Positions 12,801 through 25,502 of a stretch of 64,000 nt of DNA are shown here, piece by piece. The stretch spans positions 11,098,001-11,162,000 of the forward strand of contig OZ316776.1 of the NCBI GenBank assembly GCA_973851085.1, read 5' to 3'. The notes beneath the pieces were generated by a model. The model made no database searches. It was given only the letters and a program-made list of their open reading frames with translations, and was not told the DNA's origin. Origin of the DNA: Ptychomitrium polyphyllum (Eukaryota). Every line of letters starts with the position of its first letter. The stretch's first letter is position 1. The translations under genes and the position numbers were made by a program.

Positions 12801-15800
12801 GCACAGCGGCGAAGGAGAAGGGATCGACCCCAGAATGGAAATAATGTTCACAAGTGACATGTCGTGTAGCGGGGAGACCCTGACACGATGGAGATTCGTT
12901 CCAGTTCAAGCTTCGCCTAGATGCAAGGAGTGGTTGAGATGAAAGGAATATAATGGTATGTACAGTTGCCTACGCACAGCAGCCGGCGAAGGCCACCCCG
13001 GAATAGAAGATACAGTTAAATATGAAATACATATCAAAAACCGTCACAGGACAAGAAACCTACAGTATCTAATAAACAAGTACATTCGTGACCTTCAAAT
13101 CTATGAGGCTTTAGCGTAAAGTGTCACTTCTCTGTTGTAAGCCTCCCTTGGAAAACCCCGGAAATGATGAAGATTCGTCTCCTTTAAGCAAACTTCAGGT
13201 GAGTCGTTGTACTTGTGCACCAGGACTTTACTTGTCCATTGAAGCTTGCGTGACGAGTCTGAGAGCTATTTTCTGTCTTCACCATCACATCGCGCATTCC
13301 ATGCTGCTGCCTGTTTACGGACTCGTTTTTACTTTCCTCATCGTGCTCGTCTTCAAGTATTTTCAATGGCAATTTTGCCGAGACAGAAAAGTAAAGAAAA
13401 TTCCTGCATAAGTATATCTACAATGCACCACTGGAACTAAACCTTGAAAATACCACCATCGGAAGTCCATTGAAAAATCATGTTGTAAGGGCACATGAAA
13501 TTCTAGTTGTGGATATCAAATGACAAAACTACATCTCTTGCAAGCATTAAGTTTGAAGAGTGTCATCAAATCTTAGGAGTTGACTTGAATCTATATTTAA
13601 CCAATTTTGAACAAATTAATCAATTATGGATAAATTGAACATATAAATTAAGGACAAAATCCAAGAATTGTGTATAATTTTATTGGAAAGCCACCTATAA
13701 TTACATCACAAGATGAACAAACATACAACAAATGTAGCATACACATGAGAAATATGTATTGGTTTTCATTTATAAATGTTGAAATAGAATATAAGATAAA
13801 ACAAACCTTTGGCAGGCTATTGACAAAGGCATGCCAATCACAAGTGAAAGAAACAAGGATATCTAATATTGTGGCATACTACCAAATCTACCCGTGCCAA
13901 ACTATTAATTACATCTTGATGCCTCAACTATAAGCTATAGAAGAAATAAGTAGGAAATTAGGAAGCAATTGAAAAAAATTTGCTAGCAAAGTCCTCAATC
14001 AAATAGTATTATTGTCAAACAACCAAGAAATTTTGGCAAAAATATATTTCAGGTAGATTCCATATAATGTGTAGTTGTCTGTTAAGAAAATAAATTAAGA
14101 ATCTTCAACATCATTTCAATCTATAATAATGTCATTGGCCTCAAGATCATTCAAAGCTTGTATAACAACCTCCTTTGAAATGAGACACATTTTTTGTGTG
14201 TTACCATTTATAAGTGAAGGCTTTTTTTAAAAATGATTAATTGAATTGCAATGAATAAATTTGTAGTGAATGTTTTCTGCTTGCCACCATCAAGTTTAGC
14301 ACTCTTTAACAAAGATCTGCTTTCCTTCTTTCATATTCTTTCATAAGTGTCTACCATTCAACAAAGAATTAACCATATCCGAGCCCAGGTGCTAAATCTA
14401 TAAGACTAAAGACATAGCCAAGCTACATTGGGAGGTTATGTACTTGATTTGGTCAACACAAGACAAGATTATGCAAGAAAGCATCTCAATAGAAATTGAA
14501 AAATGGCTTTGGTTTATCCTGGAGGGAGTCCTAATGAAAAAAAGGCTTTAACTCATTCTTTGACATGATATCACTTGATTTTGTCTCTATAGTTTTTTAA
14601 ACACACAAATTGGAAACATGATCTCATTGCCAATTAGATATTGGCCAAAAGCCCTTTTCAAAGGCAACGGTGATATCAAGCAAAAAAATACTAATCTTTT
14701 TTAAGATGTGCTCTCAATAGGTAATGTATACATATCATCAAAAAACCTCTTAGTTTGGAATATACTAATTCTCCACCAATTGATGTATTTTGCAATACTA
14801 TTTTTAATAAAGCATTGTTTCCCAAGGCTTTTGTGAGCTTTAGCAATTTCTTTTTGAATATTATTTTTGTTAGTACTAATGGCATTGGTGTTGGACTTAA
14901 TTTGATAATTTATTTTTTAATATTAAATTAGCTTCTTTCAATTCAAAAAACTTAATGACTCAAAAAAATTCTTCAAACCTCATACTTGGAAAGAATGTAG
15001 ATTTATCATTCAATTTTTAATTTTGAAATTATTTTACACCTTAATTTTGTGTTTGTAGATCTTTTAATTCTTTTTAAAATTAAAACTTGAAAATACCACC
15101 ATTGAAAGCACAATTAGAACTTATTCCAATGTTTATCACTACAAAGTTACTTCACCTAGCAAAATTCATGGTGATTTCCTAAACACATTTAGACTACTTT
15201 TTATAGCTTTTAATACTATTTGATGTACTATGAAATCTTTTGCTTTTCAAGACACTTGGTCCAAAATTTAAACTAAAGAGCTACTTATGCATTTTTCCAT
15301 TGAAAATGAGATAAGCAAAGAGATTTAGTCAAAAACATTGATAGACTAGGTAGACGACAAGCCACAAAAGGTGAAAGATATCAAATAAGAGATTGTTATT
15401 CCAAAAACACCCCTAAAAAACGGCCAACAGGAAAAATATGTTTCCACAATGAATATTGCCATGTAGAGAGCAATTCAAATTGCTTCATCCGCGGGTGACA
15501 AAAAAAAAAAAGATATAAAACCATACCGAAAAGTTCAATAATTCTAACTAATCACTAACTAATCATATTGATGAAATTCTCTGAAATTCTCCAAAACTCT
15601 CCAAACATGACAGAAATTTCTTTTGCAGTGGGCGACAAACACAAGGAGTGAAATGCCCATTGCCCATAATCATCTCAAGTGATCCAACTCAGATTGGCAT
15701 GGTTGATTCCCACATTTCTGCCTATAGAGTGAGCATGACATCATGACAGTTACAGAATATAGCGAATGCTAATTGAGTGCAAGTGGAGGCTATTTTCATA

Positions 15801-16038
15801 CCATTCTAGAGGTTGGCAACCGAGGATCTGATTGAACATTGGGAGAAAGCCCAGGCCGTTGGACTGGCCACAGATAATTTCCATCGAGATTCTGACGAAA
15901 GTGGTGCCTCTTGTTTTCCACTGCGCGCCTACGCATCTGCTTTGTTCTACTCCACCGGAATCGGATTATATTAGTCACTGGTGCAATCCTATTTTACTTC
16001 GTGAACATGTACACAGAAACATTGGAACAAGTTCTATT

Positions 16039-16110
16039 ACATCATCCCTCGCATCATCCCTCACATCATCCGTCACATCATCCCTCACATCACCCGTCAC
16101 ATCATCCCTC
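16039..16110. repeat. 12-bp minisatellite (ACATCATCCCTC) x6
   Basis: Directly visible, with single-base variants; explains the HHPS-repeat ORF 15911-16237. Confidence 0.9.
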
Positions 16111-19100
16111 AAGTAGTTGGTATCCCGGGGGAGCACGACAAAAGCCAGAATGTTTCCACGACTATGCTTCTATCACATGCCTACATTTGGAGTTGTATAT
16201 CTCAAACAGCCATAGATATGGTTGGCTATTTGAATGAAATATTCCAACCTCCGAGGTTAGCTACTTTAAAAACCTAATTTACTGTGAGCCAAATCATTAG
16301 CATTGTGATTCTAAGCAAGGCTGTACACTTTGTAGTGTAATAATAGTATGAAAGCATTTTAACTATTTGGCATTACTGTGATTTTAAAAAGTACATTTTA
16401 TGATAATTTTTATTGAATAATGTAAATCATAATTAAAATCCAAAACGCCTAAAATTTGTATGCACATAAATTGATGTGCTCCACTATTGTCGGCTACATT
16501 TAAATAAGTTTGAGAATTAATCATTTTTTTGTTTTATACCTCCTACAAAAATTTAAAAACTCAAAGGAGGTAGAATTAAGAATTAAATATATATGAAATT
16601 TTTTAATGTAATTTTTAAGTATATAACCACCATGCAAACATGGTTACTATGTATTTTAAATCACAGTTCTAATTTATTCTTAACATCAATCCTAAAATAC
16701 CTAATTATGTTTTTTTGTTTGATTTCATTCTTCCAAATCACATCTTTTTTCATCCTTGGGCATTCTAATGTACTCAATTGACTTGAAAAATCATAGTTTT
16801 TTTTGTAGAAATGAGTTTGTGAATTTTTCATCTAACTTTGTAGATTTCAATATAAAAAATAAATTTGGGTCAAAAATTAAAGTTCCAATTTTTTACAGAT
16901 GGACTTGTAAGGTTTAGATATAATAAACCATTTAAATTATATGATTGGTTGAAATGATTGTGTCAATCTATGTCCATTTTATTTTATTACAAAATAACAA
17001 TATTTATGATATTTATTTTCACAGATTCCATACTATTATTTAGAAATATCAACACATCCAACGCCTACTAATAAAGTATGATAAATGAATGAAAAATATT
17101 GAAAGCATGAATGAAATATTGAAGCAAGAAATATATATACAAACTTGTAAATCCCATTGTAAATTTTCTTGTTAAAAAGAAGTCCAGAAACACACTATTG
17201 AATTAAAATTATATCACAATAATAATTTTAGGATTAAAATTTATATTTACTGATAGAACCTACTATAGTCCACCAATATACTTTTAGGTTTTCAAAACTT
17301 CATTATCCTTAAAAAATTCAATGATTAGTTAAGTTTTTGAAAAACTAATTTTGGAAAAATTAAAGTAAATTTTATGTGCAAAATCTACAACTAATAGCTT
17401 GTCTATTTCTTATATTTTTTTCATCTTTGCATTCAATATACCTACCACAACATATGTCAAAGTTCAAATTCAAGACATACTATAAGAAGTAACTAATATT
17501 TTTGTAAAGTGCATATTGGAAGTTATTGTAAAATACGCCCTATTATTATAATATAGTATTTGAATATGAATTATTTTTTGTGTTTTTGTAAAAAAATTCA
17601 AGTGTTTTATATAAATTGTTTTTTTTTAATATGACTGCTTTGGAAAATAAAAAAATTGTCATATAATTAAAATATTAGTTTTTTATTATATGATGTTTAA
17701 AACATTTACTGTTGTATTATCTAGGTTTTCAAAGTTTTACCAAAATAAATTTTAAAACGCATTACAATGTTTATAAAATATTGAAACTAAATTTTATGTT
17801 TGTAAAGATTTGTAATACTAAGTTTGTTTATAGCAACCAACCCTAGCCGCCACACAAATCATTTCATAACATTAGACTTTGGAAGTTCTCATAAACTTTT
17901 CCATCATAAATGAATGAAGTATCATACGTTTTTTCAAATGTTTATCATTTTAGATGAAGTTCATTTACATAAAGCATTAATTACCTATTTTATATGACAA
18001 ATGGAAGTCATGATTTTCATACTACAATGTGTCACAGTCATATTACAAGGGAAATTTTGAAGTAAGTACATTGGTCAAGCAAAAATGAGTTGTATAGTCA
18101 AGATTATCATATATTTAAATGTTATAGTAACAAGGTTAGATTGTAATATGTTCAACTTCAACAAAACACAAAAAAATCATAAATAAATCACCATTGATGA
18201 ATTTTCCAATTAGAAGATGATGGTAGATTTGAAGGGTGTTTATACTATGGTCTGAAACGCAGTAGGCAACAAAACATTCCAGCAAATGGTTGAGGTATTT
18301 GCCAAACTGATGGATTTGCAGATAACATGGAAATGATATTAAAAACGTATGTAGAGCTTCTGGTTTGTTGAAGTGTACATATATATAAAAGGGACAAGTT
18401 TACTAGTAAAATTATTTGTGAACAATTCTAAAATTTCAAGAAATAATTGGTTTTTTTGACCAAAATTGAATTATTAAATGAATTTTGGATTGCCAAATTC
18501 ATATAAAGACACCTCATTTTAATGTTGTGATAGTTTTTAATTTTGAATACCATTGCATTTTTGCTTACAATGTTGTTATTTAGACTTTGAAGCTATAGTT
18601 CCATTGAAATTGAAATGTTCCTTATATATTTTAATAGCTCAACACTTTTAAAAAGATCCAAATTTGAATAAAATCTATTGAATAGCTTAAAGTTGTATGA
18701 ATAGTCTTTGAAATTATTATTATTTAAGAGATAGTACACATGAGGATATTGACAATGATCATATGAATAAGAAGCTAATAAATCATATAAAATCTTTCAT
18801 AACTCTTGAAATTGCTTTTAAAGATATTGGTTATAATATACAAAACAAGCAATTATAAGAATGTAAAGTGTATAGTTTAATGTAGCTACAATTGTTTAAG
18901 GAATATTTCTTTGATGAATTTTTTGGTTAACATAATGTACGCAATAGTTGTATAAATCATACTTCTTTATCAATCATATTACTTCGTTTTTATCAAAATT
19001 TTACTTAATGCACTTTTTGACCATAATATACTTGATCTATTATATTGATACAAACTAATTTCTTCATTTAAACAAAAAGTAGATTATTAAAGGAGAAGAT

Positions 19101-21854
19101 TTCAATCTTTTCTATATCATTGCTACTTTATAAGCAAAGGAAAAATAAAATTCTAATTTCTTCTCATCTTTTAGAGTTGTTTATTGATTTTTGATTATAA
19201 TATAGAAATATTAAGTTCTATAATATTTATTTATAGTGCAATTGTTTTTACATCAATTATTATGTAATTGTACTTGCAAAATTATATTTCATTCAAAAAA
19301 AATTTACATTATCATTTTATAAAATAATGCTATTTATTTCTAAAAGTAGATATTGCAATGGCTTACAAGCAATTATAAATCATTGATCCATACAATGCCA
19401 TTATTAGCAATAAATAAAAATGAACTAATGTATTGAATTTGTCAATCAATATTGGAATTAAATAAATATTATTTTGAAGAAAATATCACATGGTTTTTAA
19501 AAAAAATTTAAATCCTAATACAACATTTTATTGCATAGAATTTTTTTAATTTGGCTCAAAATATGGATGGTATAGATATGAAATTATTCATTTGGTATAC
19601 ATTAAATTTAAGCTTTAGAAAAACCTACAATGATTGAGACTAGTAGCTATGGTGGTTTTATGCTTGAAAATTTATTCATGGAATAAAAAATGAAATGCCA
19701 AATAAATGATGTTTTAAAAAAAATTTGCACACTTTGGAAAGATACTTAATATTGGATTTATAGTTAATTACCTTAGTAAGTAGATAGAGGAACTAGATTT
19801 ATTTATTTTTGGATAAATTCTAAAAATATATTTTCATTCATTTGATCAAAACAACTTTTAGAACAATGTATTGAACATTGAATTTAATTTGAAGAAACAT
19901 TTGTAGAAAGTGAGCCATTATATATTAATGAGAAATGTAATAGTCCTTCAAATTGGTTCATTTATAAAAGAATACTCATCCTACTTTGATACATTCATTC
20001 AATTGAAGGTTTTGATCTAAATTTCTAACCTCAATTTGACAGTGAAGTGTATTGGAATTATCACCATCTTCATAGATTACGTATGTACTATACAATGGAT
20101 TTGAAACTTGTGGACACTCACGGAGTCTCAAAGTATAAAAATAAACACATGGCACACACTAAACAAGATGTTTTAGTGTACAGTAGGTAATATAGTGTTG
20201 AATTTCAAGGCCTTGGTAATCAGGAACCTAGGTGTCAAGTTTGCCGGCCTCTAGCATGAAACATGCAGCATGAGAGCTATTGATGTCATTAGATTCAAGC
20301 TAGATTCAAAGTTGATTTTTAAGTTGTTTATTTATCTATTACAACTGTAATCTATTATCTATTAAATTTTAACAAAAACAAAGAGAGACCTTTCCTACCA
20401 CATTTACTTAGGTAGTTCTTAGATTGAACAATTTGTAAAACAATTTTGCCACTTTCCCATTTAAAAACTACTTTTTGTTTAACTCTTTTGAGACACTAGC
20501 AATCTGTGGCAAATTGTCTACTAATGTATTCAATTTGTACAAAAGTTGTCTTCTAAAAGGCACAATCATGCATCTTTTGCATGATTTTATTCATAAAAAA
20601 TGACTATCTTCTAATTCCACAAAACACTTACATATTCTTTATAATTAAAAATTCATTGAATGCATTATAAATTAAGATGTATATTTGTGATTTTGTTCTT
20701 TAATAGTTTCAATCTATAAAGCATTTTTACTAATATTTTGGAAATCTAACAAATTATAAGTTGAAACCTTAAAGGCTTAAAAAGTAAAGCTTCCATTATT
20801 GGTTGTGCAAGTCTTATCAAAAACCTATATAATTCTTGAAAGCATCAAGTTTACAACAACAACAACCAATTAGGGCCAATTTACACTTTTGTCCATGGAA
20901 AACAAAAGAAGCAAAAAACTTCAATTTAAGACATGGTTACTTTAGGAAAAGAGCAATACTTACTGAAGGAAGGCTTCTCTTTATGGGTTGTCATTCCAAA
21001 AGCATTTGAAAATAATTAAGAGAAAAAAAATTCCTTCAATAACTCTTGCCATGTAATTGGCCAACTCATTTTCTCATCCATCTTCAAATTGCTTTTCCTA
21101 CAAGTGATAAAAGAAGGCATAAGAGCGTTATAGAAAAACGATTTTTTTTGACTAATTAATTATAGAATTTGCTGAAATTCTCTAAATGTGTCATAAACCT
21201 CATCTCGCCAGAAGGTGCAAACCGGCCCTTTTTTGTATTCGTGGGGAAACCTGCAGGAGCAGGCCAGCTGGCGTTGAGCAAAACCAGTTTTAACCCAACC
21301 AATAACGTTTATTTTAAGAACATGGCTGCCTTCTAATCAGAGATTCCGATGCATCTAATGATCTCTCCACTAAGATAGACCTTTCCATCGATAGGATGTG
21401 CTACGTAATCTAGTGGACCCCTAAGTAGCATGTAAGTTGGAGTTTTGTCATTTCTGAGAAAATAGTACATGATAACCACTATTTGTGAGAAACAGATTCA
21501 AAGCGCCTCCAGTACCCAGTCTAGTGGGCCCTCGAAGTCTACAAAAGCGAGGAACTTGCGCCTGGACTCCTCTAAACATAAACAAAGGAGATGAGGCTCA
21601 ATGGAGCCTCAATGATTTCGCCTTCGGAGTCCGGAGGTGAGATTCCATTTCCTTGCATGCTTCCAACAAGCAAGGAGAGCAATATCAGTGAATTGCCGTG
21701 TATGTTAAGCATGCAAATCACTGACGGTCACGGTGGGTGGTAGGTACTTCAGGAATATGTTCTTGATTCTGGATTGCCTTCGTTGGCACCATGGACTACA
21801 TCAAAAACTATCATATACTGTGAGTCACTGTATATACAAGAGGCCATGTTAGTA

Positions 21855-21924
21855 TCTTTTCATGTTTAGTGTCTTTTCATGTTTAGTGTCTTTTCATGTT
21901 TAGTGTCTTTTCATGTTTAGTGTC
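21855..21924. repeat. 17-bp tandem repeat (TCTTTTCATGTTTAGTG) x4
   Basis: Directly visible. Confidence 0.92.
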
Positions 21925-22569
21925 GTATCTTGGATGGTGTCTTACATGTAAATTGTGAAGTGGTTTATAGCATCTTTGGGAACAATGACTGTAGGCATCA
22001 CTTTTTTAAAAACTTGCATGATTAATTCACCCGCATACTATGTACTGCAGTACCTTTACTCACGTCAATCTGTCCTTTGTAATCAAAGATATGATAAAGC
22101 ATTTCGGAAACTTTATAAATTGCAATAAACACCTTCTTTACTGAGGGTAAAAGTAACAATTTCTTTTTTTAATAAAGAGGCTTTAAAACTACTCTTTTGT
22201 AGTTACTATATACAAATATGTCATTGCCACGTTGCTTCTACCTTGATGTCCCTTATATTGACCAGTTATTATGTTACAACAATCTTTCAATATAAACTTC
22301 CCAAAATTTGATTATTCAGTTTTTAGAATTAACATATATTAATGATTTTTCTTTAATTTAAAAATTGGAAGGAAAAATGGAAAAATAGCTTGTTCTCGGA
22401 ATTGAAATTGTTTTATCAAAAAGCATGATTTAGCAAGTATTAGTATCTCATTGCATATTGGTTTGTTAAGTTGGAAGTTTTGATTCTTGAAGTTGACTTA
22501 AAATTATTCTTTCTGCAGCAGGAGACCAATTTTTTTATATTTGATTTTCAATAGCAAAATTGAAAAATG

Positions 22570-23070
22570 TTTGGGACTGAATCCTCAGCCTCACGGATTT
22601 GAATTTCAAGGTTTTCTCGTTTGCAATCATCATTGCAAAGAGAAATGATCAATGATATCAAATCCAAAAATTTCTTTGTCTTCAAATCCTTGGCGCAAAG
22701 GACTTGTTAGTTGATATTTCATAATAAAATGCTTGAATCCTTGTGTCCTGAGGTGTTCCTACATATTTTTGTTAGAATTTCAGAGTTCTTTTTTGTGATT
22801 TAATCTCTTTGCACAAAGAGATTGAATTTCAATTAATTATGAAAACTCTCATGCTATATTTAATTGCAAAATTGAGTAGGATTTAGTTGCAAGACATTTC
22901 CAAAATTGTGGGAAATTCAATCCCTCAGCGCCAAGGGATTGAATTTCATAAAAGTGTAGAAATCCTTGTTGCTGTATTTTATCAGAAACTTGAGTAGAAT
23001 TAGGTGTAGGATATTGCAGAAATTGTCTGTGATCTAATTCCCCAGCATCAAAGGATTGAATTCTAAGGTA
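22570..23070. repeat. Degenerate array of short palindromic (hairpin) repeats, roughly 110-120 bp period in its right half
   Basis: Perfect 14-bp-arm palindrome gaaattcaatccct-cagcgcca-agggattgaatttc at 22912-22947. Related copies near 22576, 22681, 22797 and 23031. Spacers 22862-22913 and 22981-23032 are also similar to each other. Confidence 0.6.
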
Positions 23071-24044
23071 TTTGTGGATTTGCGGCTTCAGGTGAGACTT
23101 GTCTAAGGCTACCGTGAAGGTGATAAGATCTTTTACATTTTGCTAATAAATGATGTTGGACAAAGAAACAAGGTCTCTTTGGAAGAACGAAACAATTGGA
23201 TTTCTTGTGCGCAAAAAAAAAATGCAAATATTGAAGCATTTTTAAAACAAGATTTTAAATTTACACGCTTCTGTGGTCACGTGTCCTTTGTGTAGAATAA
23301 AAATCACTACCTCTGAGCATGGAGGCAATTCATTCAATACCTGCATCATACTTGATGTTGATTTGTACACAACAATGCTGTTCATTGCATTATACAACAT
23401 CAACATGAGAGTACTTCACCACTTCTATCTCCTTTGTGGAAATTCTTTTGAATGTAGTTTTTATGCCTTTAGATTTTAATATTGCAAATTTGCAAACAAC
23501 AACCATATGAAGATCAATTTGATTCATACACTATACTAGATGAAGAAGTATGGCTAAATGTTGTCAAAGGGATTTTGCAATTCATTCACACTTAAAGCAG
23601 TTTAAAATGTATACAAAACTCCTCAATGTTTGCAATGGTTGTAAACCTATTTTTTGATGTTGCGGAATAATCCATATACTTTAAAACAACAAAGTTAAGA
23701 AATACAATAACCAACTTATAGGAAGGTAATTTGCAACCTCTAAGATGCTTAGGTACTTTAATAAAGATGGATAATCCACTTTCTTCTTCAAAAAACTTTA
23801 GCTTTAACAAAGATGAAGACTAAGTAGTTTTGCCAAATTATTAGGAATATAGGAAAAAAAAAAAAAAAAAAGAGACAAAAAGTGGTATTAAAAATTAAAT
23901 TCTAAGGACTACTAAATAACATTAATTGGTGCAAAATTAGAATAAGACAACACAATGGATAGGCACAACAACTTGTATTGGCAAGATTGAGGTATACTTC
24001 ATCTTGCTTCCAATTTATATTATGAAGCTTATGTTTTTTTAGAT

Positions 24045-24266
24045 ACTTCTAAAAAACCTTCTTACAAAGCTATAGAATGTTTTAGAGGTCTATGGAACAT
24101 TCTCAAGAAGTTTTTAAAGAAGTGATAGCTATTAGAAGCTTCTTGGAAGCTTTCAGAAATTATCAAAAGCTTCTAAGAACCTATTGGAAGTATTATAAAG
24201 TTTTGGAAGTTATTGGAAGCTATTAGAAGGTTCTAGAAGGTGCTCAATTTTTTTTGAAGATTCTAT
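24045..24266. repeat. Degenerate ~10-bp TTCTAGAAGC-like array (HSE-like; possibly LTR-derived)
   Basis: Many GAAnnTTC/TTCnnGAA-type units; a perfect three-unit agaaggttctagaagg lies at 24225-24240. Confidence 0.55.
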
Positions 24267-24992
24267 TGCAATGTATATTTGTGACATGACAACAACATCC
24301 ATATTTAAAAAATATAGATTCAAAGCATAATTTGTTACAGATACAAGGATAGGATTGGATGATTGGTACAACTAAATTTTCTACTTATATAACTCATCAA
24401 GCAATAATAAGGTCAATGCATATTCAAGTTTGCTCTTTACAAATTTGTGGAGATTTGAACCTAGACTTTAAATCTTAGCTTTAATATTTAACGTGCAAAA
24501 GACTACAAACATCAATAAAATTTCTTTTATTAATATGGTTGTTGGTTTTTGTTCTTGATTATTAATTAACGGCTACAACTAAAAATCCATAAAATTTGTA
24601 CGCCAAGTTTCCAAACTAAGCTCATACCTTCATGCCACAGCATCAACATCATTTATAGTCAATTCTCAACTTTGCAAGGTGAGATTGAGTTGCGTCAACT
24701 TTTTAAGAATACTACTATTCCTAAATGGAAGAATTTGAAGAATGTTCTGGTGTTCACTGGAATGATGCAGGAGAAACGGTAATAGGGTGAGGACTCATAA
24801 TTGATTCTCAACATCGCCCACGCACCCCATGACCGGTGGGGCTCAGTTCCAGACCATGGCCATGCACACTGCACGGCTACGGCCCGCACAGGGGTGGTGC
24901 AAGGTGCAAGATATGCACCTGTGGTTGCGTTATGTCGACGGTTGCGGTGCAAGGTTTTCTTCCCAGGGTTTGGGGTTTGATCCCGTTTCGAC

Positions 24993-25502
24993 ATGGGCAC
25001 GAAGAAGGCCAAGAAGGCTTTGGATCGCACTGCGGAGGCGCCACTGCAGGAGTTCGAGAAGAAGACGAAGGTGAAGGCCAAGGGGAAAAGTGAGATTGAC
25101 GACATTTTTTGGGGGAAGGCGCAAGTGCAGGACTTGGAGACGAAGGAGAGGGAGAGGGAGAGGGAGAAGGTGAAGGATAAGAGTGAGATTGACGACATTT
25201 TTGGGCAGAAGAAGAGGAAGAAGGTGGAGGGTGAGGACGACCAAGCTGCGGCTAAGAGGAAAGTGAGGGAGAGTTCCGAGGTTGTGAAGCTGAATTCTAA
25301 GGGTGAGCTTGTGAAGTCGAAGAAGCCGAAGGTGGCGAAGTCGGCGGCGTCTGGGAAGAGCACATTAGCAGCGGCGGCTCCGACGTCGCGGAAGAAAACA
25401 GAGGATGGGTTTACTGTGTACACTGCGGAGGAATTAGGATTTAACAAGAAAGGCGCCGGAGGGAGCAAATTGTGTCCGTTCGATTGCGATTGCTGTTTCT
25501 AA
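24993..25502 (+). CDS. DUF1764-family small eukaryotic protein (Lys-rich, single coding exon)
   Basis: 169 aa ORF with SEIDDIF motifs and the characteristic C-terminus RKKTEDGFTVYTAEELG...GGSKLCPFDCDCCF. Confidence 0.9.
   Translation: MGTKKAKKALDRTAEAPLQEFEKKTKVKAKGKSEIDDIFWGKAQVQDLETKEREREREKVKDKSEIDDIFGQKKRKKVEGEDDQAAAKRKVRESSEVVKLNSKGELVKSKKPKVAKSAASGKSTLAAAAPTSRKKTEDGFTVYTAEELGFNKKGAGGSKLCPFDCDCCF

Noticed and set aside
15911..16237. HHPS-repeat ORF resembling a His-rich metal-binding peptide
   Set aside because: Fully explained by translation of a 12-bp minisatellite; non-ATG start.
22570..23070. CRISPR-like array
   Set aside because: Repeats are degenerate, spacers are mutually similar, there are no cas genes, and the context is eukaryotic.
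9900..24000. Long AT-rich tract, probably decayed transposon debris
   Set aside because: No intact ORF, TIR/TSD or transposase/RT motif that I can support, so no mobile element is called.
24695..25468. 257 aa antisense ORF over the DUF1764 gene
   Set aside because: Shadow of the Lys/Glu-rich sense ORF (Phe/Ser/Leu-rich); no independent support.
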